This document shows, piece by piece, positions 55,342 through 64,000 of a stretch of DNA of 64,000 nt. The notes beneath the pieces are model-generated. The model was not told where the DNA came from. It saw only the letters and a list, made by a program, of their open reading frames with translations, and ran no database searches. This DNA is from Vicinamibacterales bacterium (GTDB lineage Bacteria > Acidobacteriota > Vicinamibacteria > Vicinamibacterales > CAVVIG01): NCBI GenBank assembly GCA_050249955.1, contig JBFWPN010000003.1:503204-567203 (forward strand), in the 5' to 3' direction. Numbering within the stretch: the first letter of the stretch is position 1; the number at the start of each line of letters is the position of its first letter. The position numbers were made by a program, and so were the translations under genes.

Positions 55342-56310
55342 GTGAGCGTCCTCTCGGCGAAGGACCTGTCGGTGGTCTTCGACCTGCCCACCGGACCGGC
55401 CGTGGCGGTGGACAGGGTGAGCTTCGACCTCGCTGCCGGACAGACGCTCGGGCTCGTGGGGGAGTCGGGCAGCGGCAAGTCGGTCACCGCCCTCTCGCTC
55501 GTCGGCCTCCTGCGTCCGCCAGGTCGGGTGGCCGGCGGACACGTGATGTTCGGCGGACGCGACCTCCTCAGACTGGACGAACGAGGGATGCGGGCGGTGC
55601 GCGGCGCAGCCATCGGCTTCGTGTTCCAGGAACCGATGACGGCCCTCGATCCGGTCTACACGATCGGCGACCAGATCGGCGAGGCGCTCCGCATCCACGG
55701 CACCTCCCGCGCCCAGGCCAGGGCACGCGCGCTCGAACTGCTCGATGCCGTCCGCATCCCCAACGCCGCCAGCCGCCTGAACGACTATCCGCACCAGCTT
55801 TCGGGCGGCATGCGCCAGCGGGTCTGCATCGCCATTGCGATGGCCTGCCGTCCCACGCTGCTCATTGCCGACGAACCGACGACGGCACTCGACGTGACGA
55901 TCCAGGCCGAGATCCTCGACCTGCTTCGTGAGATGCGGCAGACACTCGGCCTCGCCATGCTGCTCATCACCCACGATCTCGGTGTGGTTGCAGAGACAGC
56001 CGACCGTGTCGCCGTGATGTACGCCGGTCGGATCGTGGAGCATGGTCCCGTGCGCGACGTGCTGCGCGCGCCAGACCACCCGTACACGCGCGGCCTGCTC
56101 GCGTCGCTGCCGGGCGCGGCACGCGGTGCGGCGCTCCGGCCGATTGCCGGTGGGGTGACCACCCTCGGCGCGTTCCCGCGTGGTTGCACGTTCCACCCGC
56201 GCTGCCCCGACCGGTTTGCCCCCTGCGACCAGGCGGTCCCCGGCCCTCTTCACACGTCACCCGAACGCACGGTGCGCTGTTTCCTGCACGACCCCCATGC
56301 CGCTCGTTGA
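55342..56310 (+). CDS. Oligo/dipeptide ABC ATP-binding protein (OppD/DppD-like)
   Basis: [29 protein letters not shown]. Confidence 0.93.
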   Translation: MSVLSAKDLSVVFDLPTGPAVAVDRVSFDLAAGQTLGLVGESGSGKSVTALSLVGLLRPPGRVAGGHVMFGGRDLLRLDERGMRAVRGAAIGFVFQEPMTALDPVYTIGDQIGEALRIHGTSRAQARARALELLDAVRIPNAASRLNDYPHQLSGGMRQRVCIAIAMACRPTLLIADEPTTALDVTIQAEILDLLREMRQTLGLAMLLITHDLGVVAETADRVAVMYAGRIVEHGPVRDVLRAPDHPYTRGLLASLPGAARGAALRPIAGGVTTLGAFPRGCTFHPRCPDRFAPCDQAVPGPLHTSPERTVRCFLHDPHAAR

Positions 56311-57175
56311 CGTCGTCGATCTCACGAAGACGTTCACCCGCCGCGGCGGGCTCTTCAGCCGGGGAACGACCGTCACGGCAGTGAACGGGGTGAGCTTCCA
56401 GATCGAGGCCGGTGAAACGTTCGGCCTGGTTGGGGAATCGGGCAGCGGTAAGACGACGACCGGACGCTGCCTGCTCCGCCTCGTGGAACCCACGAGTGGC
56501 TCGGTGCGGTTCAGGGGTGAGGACCTGCTCGGCTTCCCGCCTGCGCGCCTGCGCGACGCCCGGCGCGAGATGCAGATTGTCTTCCAGGATCCTTTCGGTT
56601 CCCTGAACCCGCGCATGCGCGTGGGTGCCATCGTGGAGGAACCGCTGATCATCCACCGGGTTGGTCGTGCCAGTGAACGGCGCGAGCGGGTGTCCGAGCT
56701 GCTGTCGCTCGTCGGGCTCGACGCCGCCCACCTCGAGCGATTCCCGCACGAGTTCAGCGGTGGGCAGCGCCAGCGTATCGGGCTTGCGCGCGCGCTCGCC
56801 CTGCATCCGCAGTTCGTGGTGCTGGACGAGCCGGTGTCAGCCCTCGATGTGTCCGTACAGGCGCAGATCGTGAACCTGCTGCTGGACCTGCAGGCACGCC
56901 TGACGCTGACCTACCTGTTCATCGCGCACGACCTCAGGCTGGTCGAACACATCTGCCGGCGTGTGGCGGTGATGTACCGCGGCCGAATCGTGGAGATGGG
57001 AGGGGTGGAATCGATCTTCACGACACCGCGGCACCCGTACACTCAGGCGCTGCTCTCGGCGGTGCCCCGGCTGGATCCGGATGCCCCGCGGGTCCGTACG
57101 GTGCCCGACACGACCTCGTTCGAGACGGAAGCCCCGTTACGTGAGGTGGGTCACGGTCACGTGGCCGCGGTCTGA
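56297..57175 (+). CDS. Oligo/dipeptide ABC ATP-binding protein (OppF/DppF-like)
   Basis: [35 protein letters not shown]. Confidence 0.93.
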   Translation: MPLVDVVDLTKTFTRRGGLFSRGTTVTAVNGVSFQIEAGETFGLVGESGSGKTTTGRCLLRLVEPTSGSVRFRGEDLLGFPPARLRDARREMQIVFQDPFGSLNPRMRVGAIVEEPLIIHRVGRASERRERVSELLSLVGLDAAHLERFPHEFSGGQRQRIGLARALALHPQFVVLDEPVSALDVSVQAQIVNLLLDLQARLTLTYLFIAHDLRLVEHICRRVAVMYRGRIVEMGGVESIFTTPRHPYTQALLSAVPRLDPDAPRVRTVPDTTSFETEAPLREVGHGHVAAV

Positions 57176-57198
57176 CGAGGAGGAGGACACGAGACGTG

Positions 57199-57885
<687 letters not shown>

Positions 57886-58013
57886 ATCGGTCTCCATCAT
57901 AGACGACCGGCGCATGGCACTGGTTCCGGGCGGGGCCAATCCGGAGGCCTCTGGCGTCGGGCCGGAGCCCGGAGCCTGATATCCTCGGGGCTTCTTTCCA
58001 GGAGTCCAGCTCG

Positions 58014-59606
58014 ATGAAGCGCATGCTCGTGCTCGCGGTCGCGTTCACCTGCACCACCGTCACGTTTGCCCAGGCACCGGTCGACCTTGCGACGGTGGCG
58101 CGTATCAAGCAGCAGGCGCTGTCGACGTCGCAGGCCATGGACCATGTGTCGTGGCTGGCGGACGTCTACGGGCCGCGGGTCACCGGCACGCCGCAGTTCC
58201 AGCAGGCGAGCGACTGGGCGATGCGCCGCTTCCAGGAGTGGGGGCTCGCCAATGTGCACCAGGAGCGCTTCGGCTTCGGCCAGGGCTGGCGCGTCGAGCG
58301 GTTCTCCGCGCACATGGTCGAACCGCAGGCGCAGCCGATCGTCGGCTTCCCGCGGCTCTATTCCCCCGGCACGAATGGACCGGTGACAGCGGAGGTGGTG
58401 CGGGTCGACATCCGGAACGATGCCGACTTCAGCCGCTACGCCGGGAAGCTGCGCGGCAGGATCGTGCTCCCGCAGGGGCCTCGCGCCGTACGGCTGCTCG
58501 ATGGCCGGGTCACCCTGCGCATGGGCGACGCCGACGTGAAGGAGGCGCTGGCCACACCCATTCCCGCACCCACCCCGCCAAACCGGCCGGCTGCACGTCC
58601 GGGACAGCCGACGTTCGCCGAGCGGCTCGCCCGGTTCTACGTCGCCGAGGGCGTCGTGGCGCTGCTGGAGCGGGGCTCGGACTCGGACGCGACCGCCGGC
58701 GGCAGCGATCTCACCTGGCTCACCCAGCGCGTGGATGGTGGCACGGTGTTCCCGACGACAGGCGGCAGCCGCGACCCCAAGGTGGCTGCCCAGGTCCCAT
58801 CGGCCACCATCGCCGTCGAGCACTACAACCGCATCCTCCGCATCCTCGACAAGGGGATCGCCGTGCGGATCGAGCTGCAGATCCAGACGGTCTTTCATCC
58901 GGAAAGTGCGGCGACGCCGAACGGCATCAACACCATTGCCGAGATTCCGGGCACCGACCTCGCCGACGAGGTGGTGCTCATCGGCGCACACCTCGACTCG
59001 CACGCCTATGCCACGGGTGCCACCGACAACGCCACCGGTGTGGCCGCCATGATGGAGACGATGCGCGTGATCAGGACGCTCGGGCTGAAGCCGCGCCGCA
59101 CGATCCGCATCGCCCTCTGGGGCGGTGAGGAGCAGGGACTGCTCGGCTCGCGTGCGTATGTCACCGAACACTTCGGCAACCCGGCAGACGACACGGCCAA
59201 GCCGGCGCACGCCACGCTCGCGGCCTACTTCAATCTCGACAACGGCACCGGGCGCATCCGCGGCATCTGGGGCCAGGGGAACCTCGGGGCACTGGCGCAA
59301 TTCCGCCAGTGGATGGAATCGGTCCGCGACCTCGGCGTCGACTACGTCGGTCCACGCTCCGTGACGTCGACCGACCACGTCCCCTTCGAGGCGGCTGGCC
59401 TGCCCGGCTTCCAGTTCATGCAGGAGCGGCTGGACTACAACTCACGCACCCACCATTCGACGATGGACTTCCTGGACCGGGTGCAGCGGGACGACCTCGT
59501 GCAGCAGGCCACGGTCGCTGCCGTCTTCACGTGGTACGCGGCGAACACCGCAGAGAAGCTTCCACGCAAGGCGATCGAGCCGGTGCGTGGCGCGGGCCGC
59601 GAATAG
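58014..59606 (+). CDS. Secreted M28-family metallopeptidase
   Basis: [27 protein letters not shown]. Confidence 0.92.
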   Translation: MKRMLVLAVAFTCTTVTFAQAPVDLATVARIKQQALSTSQAMDHVSWLADVYGPRVTGTPQFQQASDWAMRRFQEWGLANVHQERFGFGQGWRVERFSAHMVEPQAQPIVGFPRLYSPGTNGPVTAEVVRVDIRNDADFSRYAGKLRGRIVLPQGPRAVRLLDGRVTLRMGDADVKEALATPIPAPTPPNRPAARPGQPTFAERLARFYVAEGVVALLERGSDSDATAGGSDLTWLTQRVDGGTVFPTTGGSRDPKVAAQVPSATIAVEHYNRILRILDKGIAVRIELQIQTVFHPESAATPNGINTIAEIPGTDLADEVVLIGAHLDSHAYATGATDNATGVAAMMETMRVIRTLGLKPRRTIRIALWGGEEQGLLGSRAYVTEHFGNPADDTAKPAHATLAAYFNLDNGTGRIRGIWGQGNLGALAQFRQWMESVRDLGVDYVGPRSVTSTDHVPFEAAGLPGFQFMQERLDYNSRTHHSTMDFLDRVQRDDLVQQATVAAVFTWYAANTAEKLPRKAIEPVRGAGRE

Positions 59607-59630
59607 CACCCGCGACCGCATGGGAGCGCG

Positions 59631-60194
59631 TCAGACCTTCAGCAGGCCGCGAAAGCCACGCGCCGCGTAGTACGACTCGGCCCCGTTGTGATACGTGAAG
59701 ACCGTGTCGTAGCGGCGATCGCAGAAGATCGCCCCACCGAGGGCCCTGATCCGGGCCGGCGTCTGCACCCAGCTCGATGTCTTCTGGTCGAACCTCCCGA
59801 GCGTCTGCAGGTGCCGGTACTGCTCCTCGGTCAGAATCTCGACGCCGAGGGAGGCCGCCATCTCCATCGCGCTCGAGCGCGGCTTGGCCTCCTTCCGGGC
59901 GTCGAGCGCGGCGCGGTCGTAACACAGGCTGCGGCGTCCGCTCGGGCTCTCGGCCGAGCAGTCGACGAAGTGGTAGACACCGGTCGCGGGGTCCCTGGCC
60001 ACCACATCGGGTTCGCCACCCGACTGCTCCATCTGGCTCAGCGTCCACAGCACCTCAGGGCGCTGCCCGAGCCTCGCCTCCACGTCGACCCACGCCAGGT
60101 CGGGATGCCGCGACATGTTCGCCTCGAAACGCGCCCGCAGTACCTCCAGCAGGGCGGTCCGCTCTTTCGCCTTCAACACGTTCGCCCTGGCCAT
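59631..60194 (-). CDS. DUF4256-family protein
   Basis: DCSAESP.GRRSLCYD, YHNGAESYYAARGFRG. Confidence 0.85.
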   Translation of the reverse strand: MARANVLKAKERTALLEVLRARFEANMSRHPDLAWVDVEARLGQRPEVLWTLSQMEQSGGEPDVVARDPATGVYHFVDCSAESPSGRRSLCYDRAALDARKEAKPRSSAMEMAASLGVEILTEEQYRHLQTLGRFDQKTSSWVQTPARIRALGGAIFCDRRYDTVFTYHNGAESYYAARGFRGLLKV

Positions 60195-60197
60195 GTG

Positions 60198-60911
60198 TCA
60201 GTGTCCCTGCGAGGCTGAAGCCTCGCCAGCAACGAAGAACGGCGCCATCTCCCTGAACTCCAGCACCTGGACCAGTGGCGCGGCGTCAGGCGCGGCCTGC
60301 CCGAGCGCACGCAGCGCCTGCTCGGACCGCGCGACCATGGCACGCGCGAGGTCGTGCACGTGGATGGAGTGGAACCGCGACGGCAACGCCCAGTGCACCA
60401 GCGGCATGAGGGTGCCCAGGTAACCTGGGGTGTTGGAATTGCCGAGGATGACACCAGGGCGGTAGAGCCCGAGGATATCGAACCCTGCGGCTCTTGCCGC
60501 CTCCTCCTTCTCGCCGATGATCCGCAGGTAGCGCGACCGAGCCTTCGGGTCCGCACCGGCGGCGGTCATCACGGCCCCCACGCGGGCGCCCCCAGCCCTG
60601 GCGGCGCGGCAGAACGCGGCGGGGTATTCCACCTCGATCCGTCGCACCTCCTCGTCCGACATCTTCGCGCTGCCGCGGCCGACACCGAACGCCGCCAACG
60701 CGACGTCGACGCCGTGCACGTGCGAAGCGAGTTCCGCCTCCATGCGGTCCATGTGCACCGCGAGCTCCGTGACCTTCGGGTCCACGAAGGCGCCGGTCCG
60801 ACGCCGCGTCACCGCGATGACGCGGGAACAGCGAGGGTTGCCCACCAGGAGCTGCACGATGCGACCGCCGACGTTCCCGGTTGCCCCAAGCACGATTGCG
60901 GAGTACTGCAT
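60198..60911 (-). CDS. NAD(P)H-binding atypical SDR (TIP30/HTATIP2-like)
   Basis: LGATGNVG, Y...GEKE, YRPG. Confidence 0.82.
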   Translation of the reverse strand: MQYSAIVLGATGNVGGRIVQLLVGNPRCSRVIAVTRRRTGAFVDPKVTELAVHMDRMEAELASHVHGVDVALAAFGVGRGSAKMSDEEVRRIEVEYPAAFCRAARAGGARVGAVMTAAGADPKARSRYLRIIGEKEEAARAAGFDILGLYRPGVILGNSNTPGYLGTLMPLVHWALPSRFHSIHVHDLARAMVARSEQALRALGQAAPDAAPLVQVLEFREMAPFFVAGEASASQGH

Positions 60912-61016
60912 CACCCCATCATGGCAGGCTCCGGCACGCGCGCACCCATTCGAGTGGCCGGACAACGCCGGGCTTGACGGAGGGCACGCGTGTAGCGCCA
61001 TGATGGGGATTCCCCG

Positions 61017-64000
61017 ATGCAGCTCACGCGCGCGCTGGCGCCCGTCACAGACCCCAGATCCCGCGCGCGGGGAGCAGCCTACTACGCGTCCGGCGCCGTC
61101 GTGCACTTCGATCCGGCCGGCAGCTTCGTCTATGCCGTCGTCCGCGGCGGCGAAGACTACGTCGTCCGGCTCGACCTTGCCGATCGCGAGGTTCGCGCCA
61201 CCTGCACCTGCCCCTTCTTCAACGACCGGCTCGAGCCCTGCAAGCACGTCTGGGCTGTCGCACAGAACTGCGATGCCGAGCGGGTGCTGCAGTTGCCCGA
61301 CACCATCCGCCCGGAAGACGTGCAGTTCGTGGCCCTGCCACTCGATGCGGACGAGGATGGTGAGGACTGGTCGTCGGACGACCCGGAGTTTCACGTCCCG
61401 CGGGCACGGACCGCCGACCCGCGTCGGCCAGGAGCCCGGGCCGGTGGCTGGCGGCAGGCGCTGGCGTCCATTGCCGCCCAGGCACAGTCCGCACAGCCCG
61501 AGGCAGAGGCGCCCGACGGCCGCCTCCTCTACGCCATCGACCTTGCGGGTTCGCGACAGTCGATGGCGCTGGTGGTGCACCTGCTGCGCCAGGAACAGAA
61601 GCAGAGCGGGGAATGGGGCGTACCGAAGACCGCCCGCATCCACTCGTCACAACTCAAGGCGCTCGACGAAGCCGACCGCGTGATTCTCGGCAGGCTTGCC
61701 GGTGCCAGGCCCGCACACGAACTGTCCTGGGGCAGCCCCGGCACCGAGGTGCCCACCTCGTACCACCTCAAGGGCGTGACCGTCTCCGACGTGCTGCCCC
61801 TGATCTGCGAAACCGGTCGCTGCCGCCTGGCGCTCACCCGCATCCCCAACGCGCGTCCGCAGGATTCACCGCTCGTGCCGCTCACGTGGCAGGAGGGTGG
61901 GGCGTTCACGCCGGTGCTGCTGATTACGAGGGACGATGGCGCAGGCGTGTACGTGGTCGATGGCGGGCTGATGCGCGACGGCAGCACGGTGCCGCTGGCC
62001 GACGTGCTCCTGCTGCTGGACGAAGGCGTGGCACTGACACAGTCGCGTGTGGTCCCGGCGACGCCCGGAGCCGCCACGCCGTGGCTGCACCAGTTGATGG
62101 AGGGCGGCGTGCTGCGTGTGCCCCTGAGCGAGTCGTCGCGCCTGCGCGAGGCCCTGCTCTCGTCCGGCGCGGCGGAGCAGCCGAACCTGCCCGACGAACT
62201 GCGGACCACGGTGGTCGACCAGCCGCCGGTGCCGCACTTGATCCTTCGATCGCCCCGCAACGAGGCACGGCTGCTCCAGGCCGACCTCCAGTTCTCCTAT
62301 GCCGGCGGCACGCCGCAGGCCGCGTCGAGCGTGGCGCTCGTGCCCACCGCAGACCCGCGGGTCATGGCGCGGCGCCGGCCCGACATCGAGCGGCGCGCCC
62401 AGGACCGGCTGCGCGCGCTCGGTGCCAGGCCCGCGTGGGACGCCTGGGATCGGAGGCATCGCGTGCAGGTGGCCGCCACCGACGTCCCGCGCATCGTCCG
62501 CACGCTGCTGGCGGAGGGCTGGCACGTGGAAGCCGACGGCCGCCGCTATCGGCTGGCGTCGTCGACACCGCAGCTCGCCGTGCGGTCGGGCACCGACTGG
62601 TTCGAGCTGCGTGGCGACGCCACGTTCGAGGGAGAGCGCGTGCCGCTCCCACGGCTGCTGGATGCCATCCACAAGCGCAGCGGGACGGTGACGCTTGGCG
62701 ACGGCAGCGTCGGCATCCTGCCCGAGCAGTGGGTGCGTGAGTTCGCGCCGCTCGCGCTGGGCTCGAGCGAAGGGGACTATGTCAGGTTCGAGCCGAACCA
62801 GGTGGCCATCCTCGACGCGCTGCTTGCGGCACGGCCGGCCGTCTCGTGGGATGAGCGGGCCGCCGCCGCGCGCGCGCGCCTTCGTGCGTTCGATGCCATC
62901 ACCCCGCTCGACCCGCCGGCCTCCTTCACCGGCACGTTGCGCGAGTACCAGCGCGAAGGGCTCGGCTGGATGCGGTTCCTGCGCGAGTTCGGCTTCGGCG
63001 GCTGCCTCGCCGACGACATGGGGCTCGGCAAGACCGTGGTCGTGCTCGCGCTGCTGGATCAACGGCGCGCGGAGCGCGAGAGCCGCGGGCTCGCGCCGCA
63101 ACCCTCGCTGGTCGTGGTGCCGCGCTCCGTCCTGTTCAACTGGCAGCAGGAGGCGGCGCGCTTCGCACCGGAGCTGCGGGTGCTGGACTTCTCGGGCACC
63201 GGCCGCACCGACCGCCTGCACCAGATTGCCGGCAGCGACCTGGTGCTGGTGACCTACGGCACGCTGCGCCGCGACGCGGCGGCGCTGGCCGACGTGGAAT
63301 TCGACTACGTGGTGCTCGATGAGGCGCAGACCATCAAGAACGCAAACACGGCAGCGGCCAAGGCCGCGCGGCTGCTCCGGGGCACGCATCGCCTGGCGCT
63401 CTCGGGCACCCCGGTCGAGAACCGCGTGGGCGACCTCTGGAGCCTCTTCGAGTTCCTGAATCCCGGCCTGCTGTCGGGGTCGACCGCGTTCGGCCTCTCC
63501 TTCACGACCGACGGAGACGATGAGGAACTGCGGCTGCTGGCGCGGGCGCTGCGCCCCTTCATCCTGCGTCGCACGAAGGAGCAGGTGGCGTCCGACCTGC
63601 CGCCGAAGGTGGAGCAGACGCTCGTCTGCGAACTCGAACGGCCCCAGCGCACCCTCTACAACGAGCTTCGCGATCACTACCGGCGCACGCTGCTCGGCAA
63701 GACCTCGAGCTGGCAGCAGTCGCGGCTGCAGGTGCTCGAAGCCCTGCTGCGTCTGCGGCAGGCTGCGTGCCATCCGGCGCTCGTCGACCCGGAGCGGCGC
63801 GACGCGCCGTCCGCGAAGCTCGACCTCCTCGTGCCACGACTGATCGAGACGATCGAAGAGGGGCACAAGGCGCTCGTCTTCTCGCAGTTCACCAGCTTCC
63901 TCGCGCTCCTGAAAGATCGGCTCGACGAGCGGGGGGTCACCTACGAGTACCTGGACGGGCGCACCCGCGATCGGCAGGAGCGGGTCGATCACTTCCAGTC
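61017..64000 (+). CDS. SWIM zinc finger SNF2-family helicase/ATPase, truncated at window end
   Basis: Manual translation: CTCP..CKH, LREYQREG, LADDMGLGKT, LDEAQ, LSGTPVEN, LVFSQF; absent from the ORF track because there is no stop in the window. Confidence 0.92.
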   Translation, partial: MQLTRALAPVTDPRSRARGAAYYASGAVVHFDPAGSFVYAVVRGGEDYVVRLDLADREVRATCTCPFFNDRLEPCKHVWAVAQNCDAERVLQLPDTIRPEDVQFVALPLDADEDGEDWSSDDPEFHVPRARTADPRRPGARAGGWRQALASIAAQAQSAQPEAEAPDGRLLYAIDLAGSRQSMALVVHLLRQEQKQSGEWGVPKTARIHSSQLKALDEADRVILGRLAGARPAHELSWGSPGTEVPTSYHLKGVTVSDVLPLICETGRCRLALTRIPNARPQDSPLVPLTWQEGGAFTPVLLITRDDGAGVYVVDGGLMRDGSTVPLADVLLLLDEGVALTQSRVVPATPGAATPWLHQLMEGGVLRVPLSESSRLREALLSSGAAEQPNLPDELRTTVVDQPPVPHLILRSPRNEARLLQADLQFSYAGGTPQAASSVALVPTADPRVMARRRPDIERRAQDRLRALGARPAWDAWDRRHRVQVAATDVPRIVRTLLAEGWHVEADGRRYRLASSTPQLAVRSGTDWFELRGDATFEGERVPLPRLLDAIHKRSGTVTLGDGSVGILPEQWVREFAPLALGSSEGDYVRFEPNQVAILDALLAARPAVSWDERAAAARARLRAFDAITPLDPPASFTGTLREYQREGLGWMRFLREFGFGGCLADDMGLGKTVVVLALLDQRRAERESRGLAPQPSLVVVPRSVLFNWQQEAARFAPELRVLDFSGTGRTDRLHQIAGSDLVLVTYGTLRRDAAALADVEFDYVVLDEAQTIKNANTAAAKAARLLRGTHRLALSGTPVENRVGDLWSLFEFLNPGLLSGSTAFGLSFTTDGDDEELRLLARALRPFILRRTKEQVASDLPPKVEQTLVCELERPQRTLYNELRDHYRRTLLGKTSSWQQSRLQVLEALLRLRQAACHPALVDPERRDAPSAKLDLLVPRLIETIEEGHKALVFSQFTSFLALLKDRLDERGVTYEYLDGRTRDRQERVDHFQ

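Overview
Very GC-rich, gene-dense bacterial chromosomal segment with about 60 genes. The gene repertoire (Oar-like TonB receptor, MacB/FtsX permeases, several ECF sigmas, M14/M28 peptidases, hpnCDE) suggests Acidobacteriota, probably Vicinamibacteria; this is an inference. Mostly core/metabolic genes: hpnCDE squalene synthesis, thiI, class II aldolase, def, double-domain thyX, lipB-E2-lpdA, HU, queF, methylmalonyl-CoA mutase large subunit, ABC systems, and a SWIM-SNF2 helicase running off the right edge that the ORF track missed. One Xre/RES toxin-antitoxin pair is present. I saw no rRNA, tRNA, CRISPR array, integrase or transposase. Best leads: (1) a two-hairpin candidate structured RNA behind an ECF sigma gene, whose G-U pairs favour the minus strand; (2) an orphan RNA polymerase omega-like gene with an RBS-occluding leader; (3) several intact-ORF pseudo-enzymes (pseudokinase, pseudo-MDH, EndoIII-like protein without catalytic Lys, NtrC-like activator without the phospho-acceptor Asp); (4) many leaderless and symmetric bidirectional -10 promoters; (5) a thioesterase-ABC-LolA-like-beta-barrel candidate lipid export operon; (6) a shared ECF-type promoter motif; (7) intergenic heptamer repeat arrays. 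Start codons were refined by eye. All calls rest on motif recognition, not database searches.
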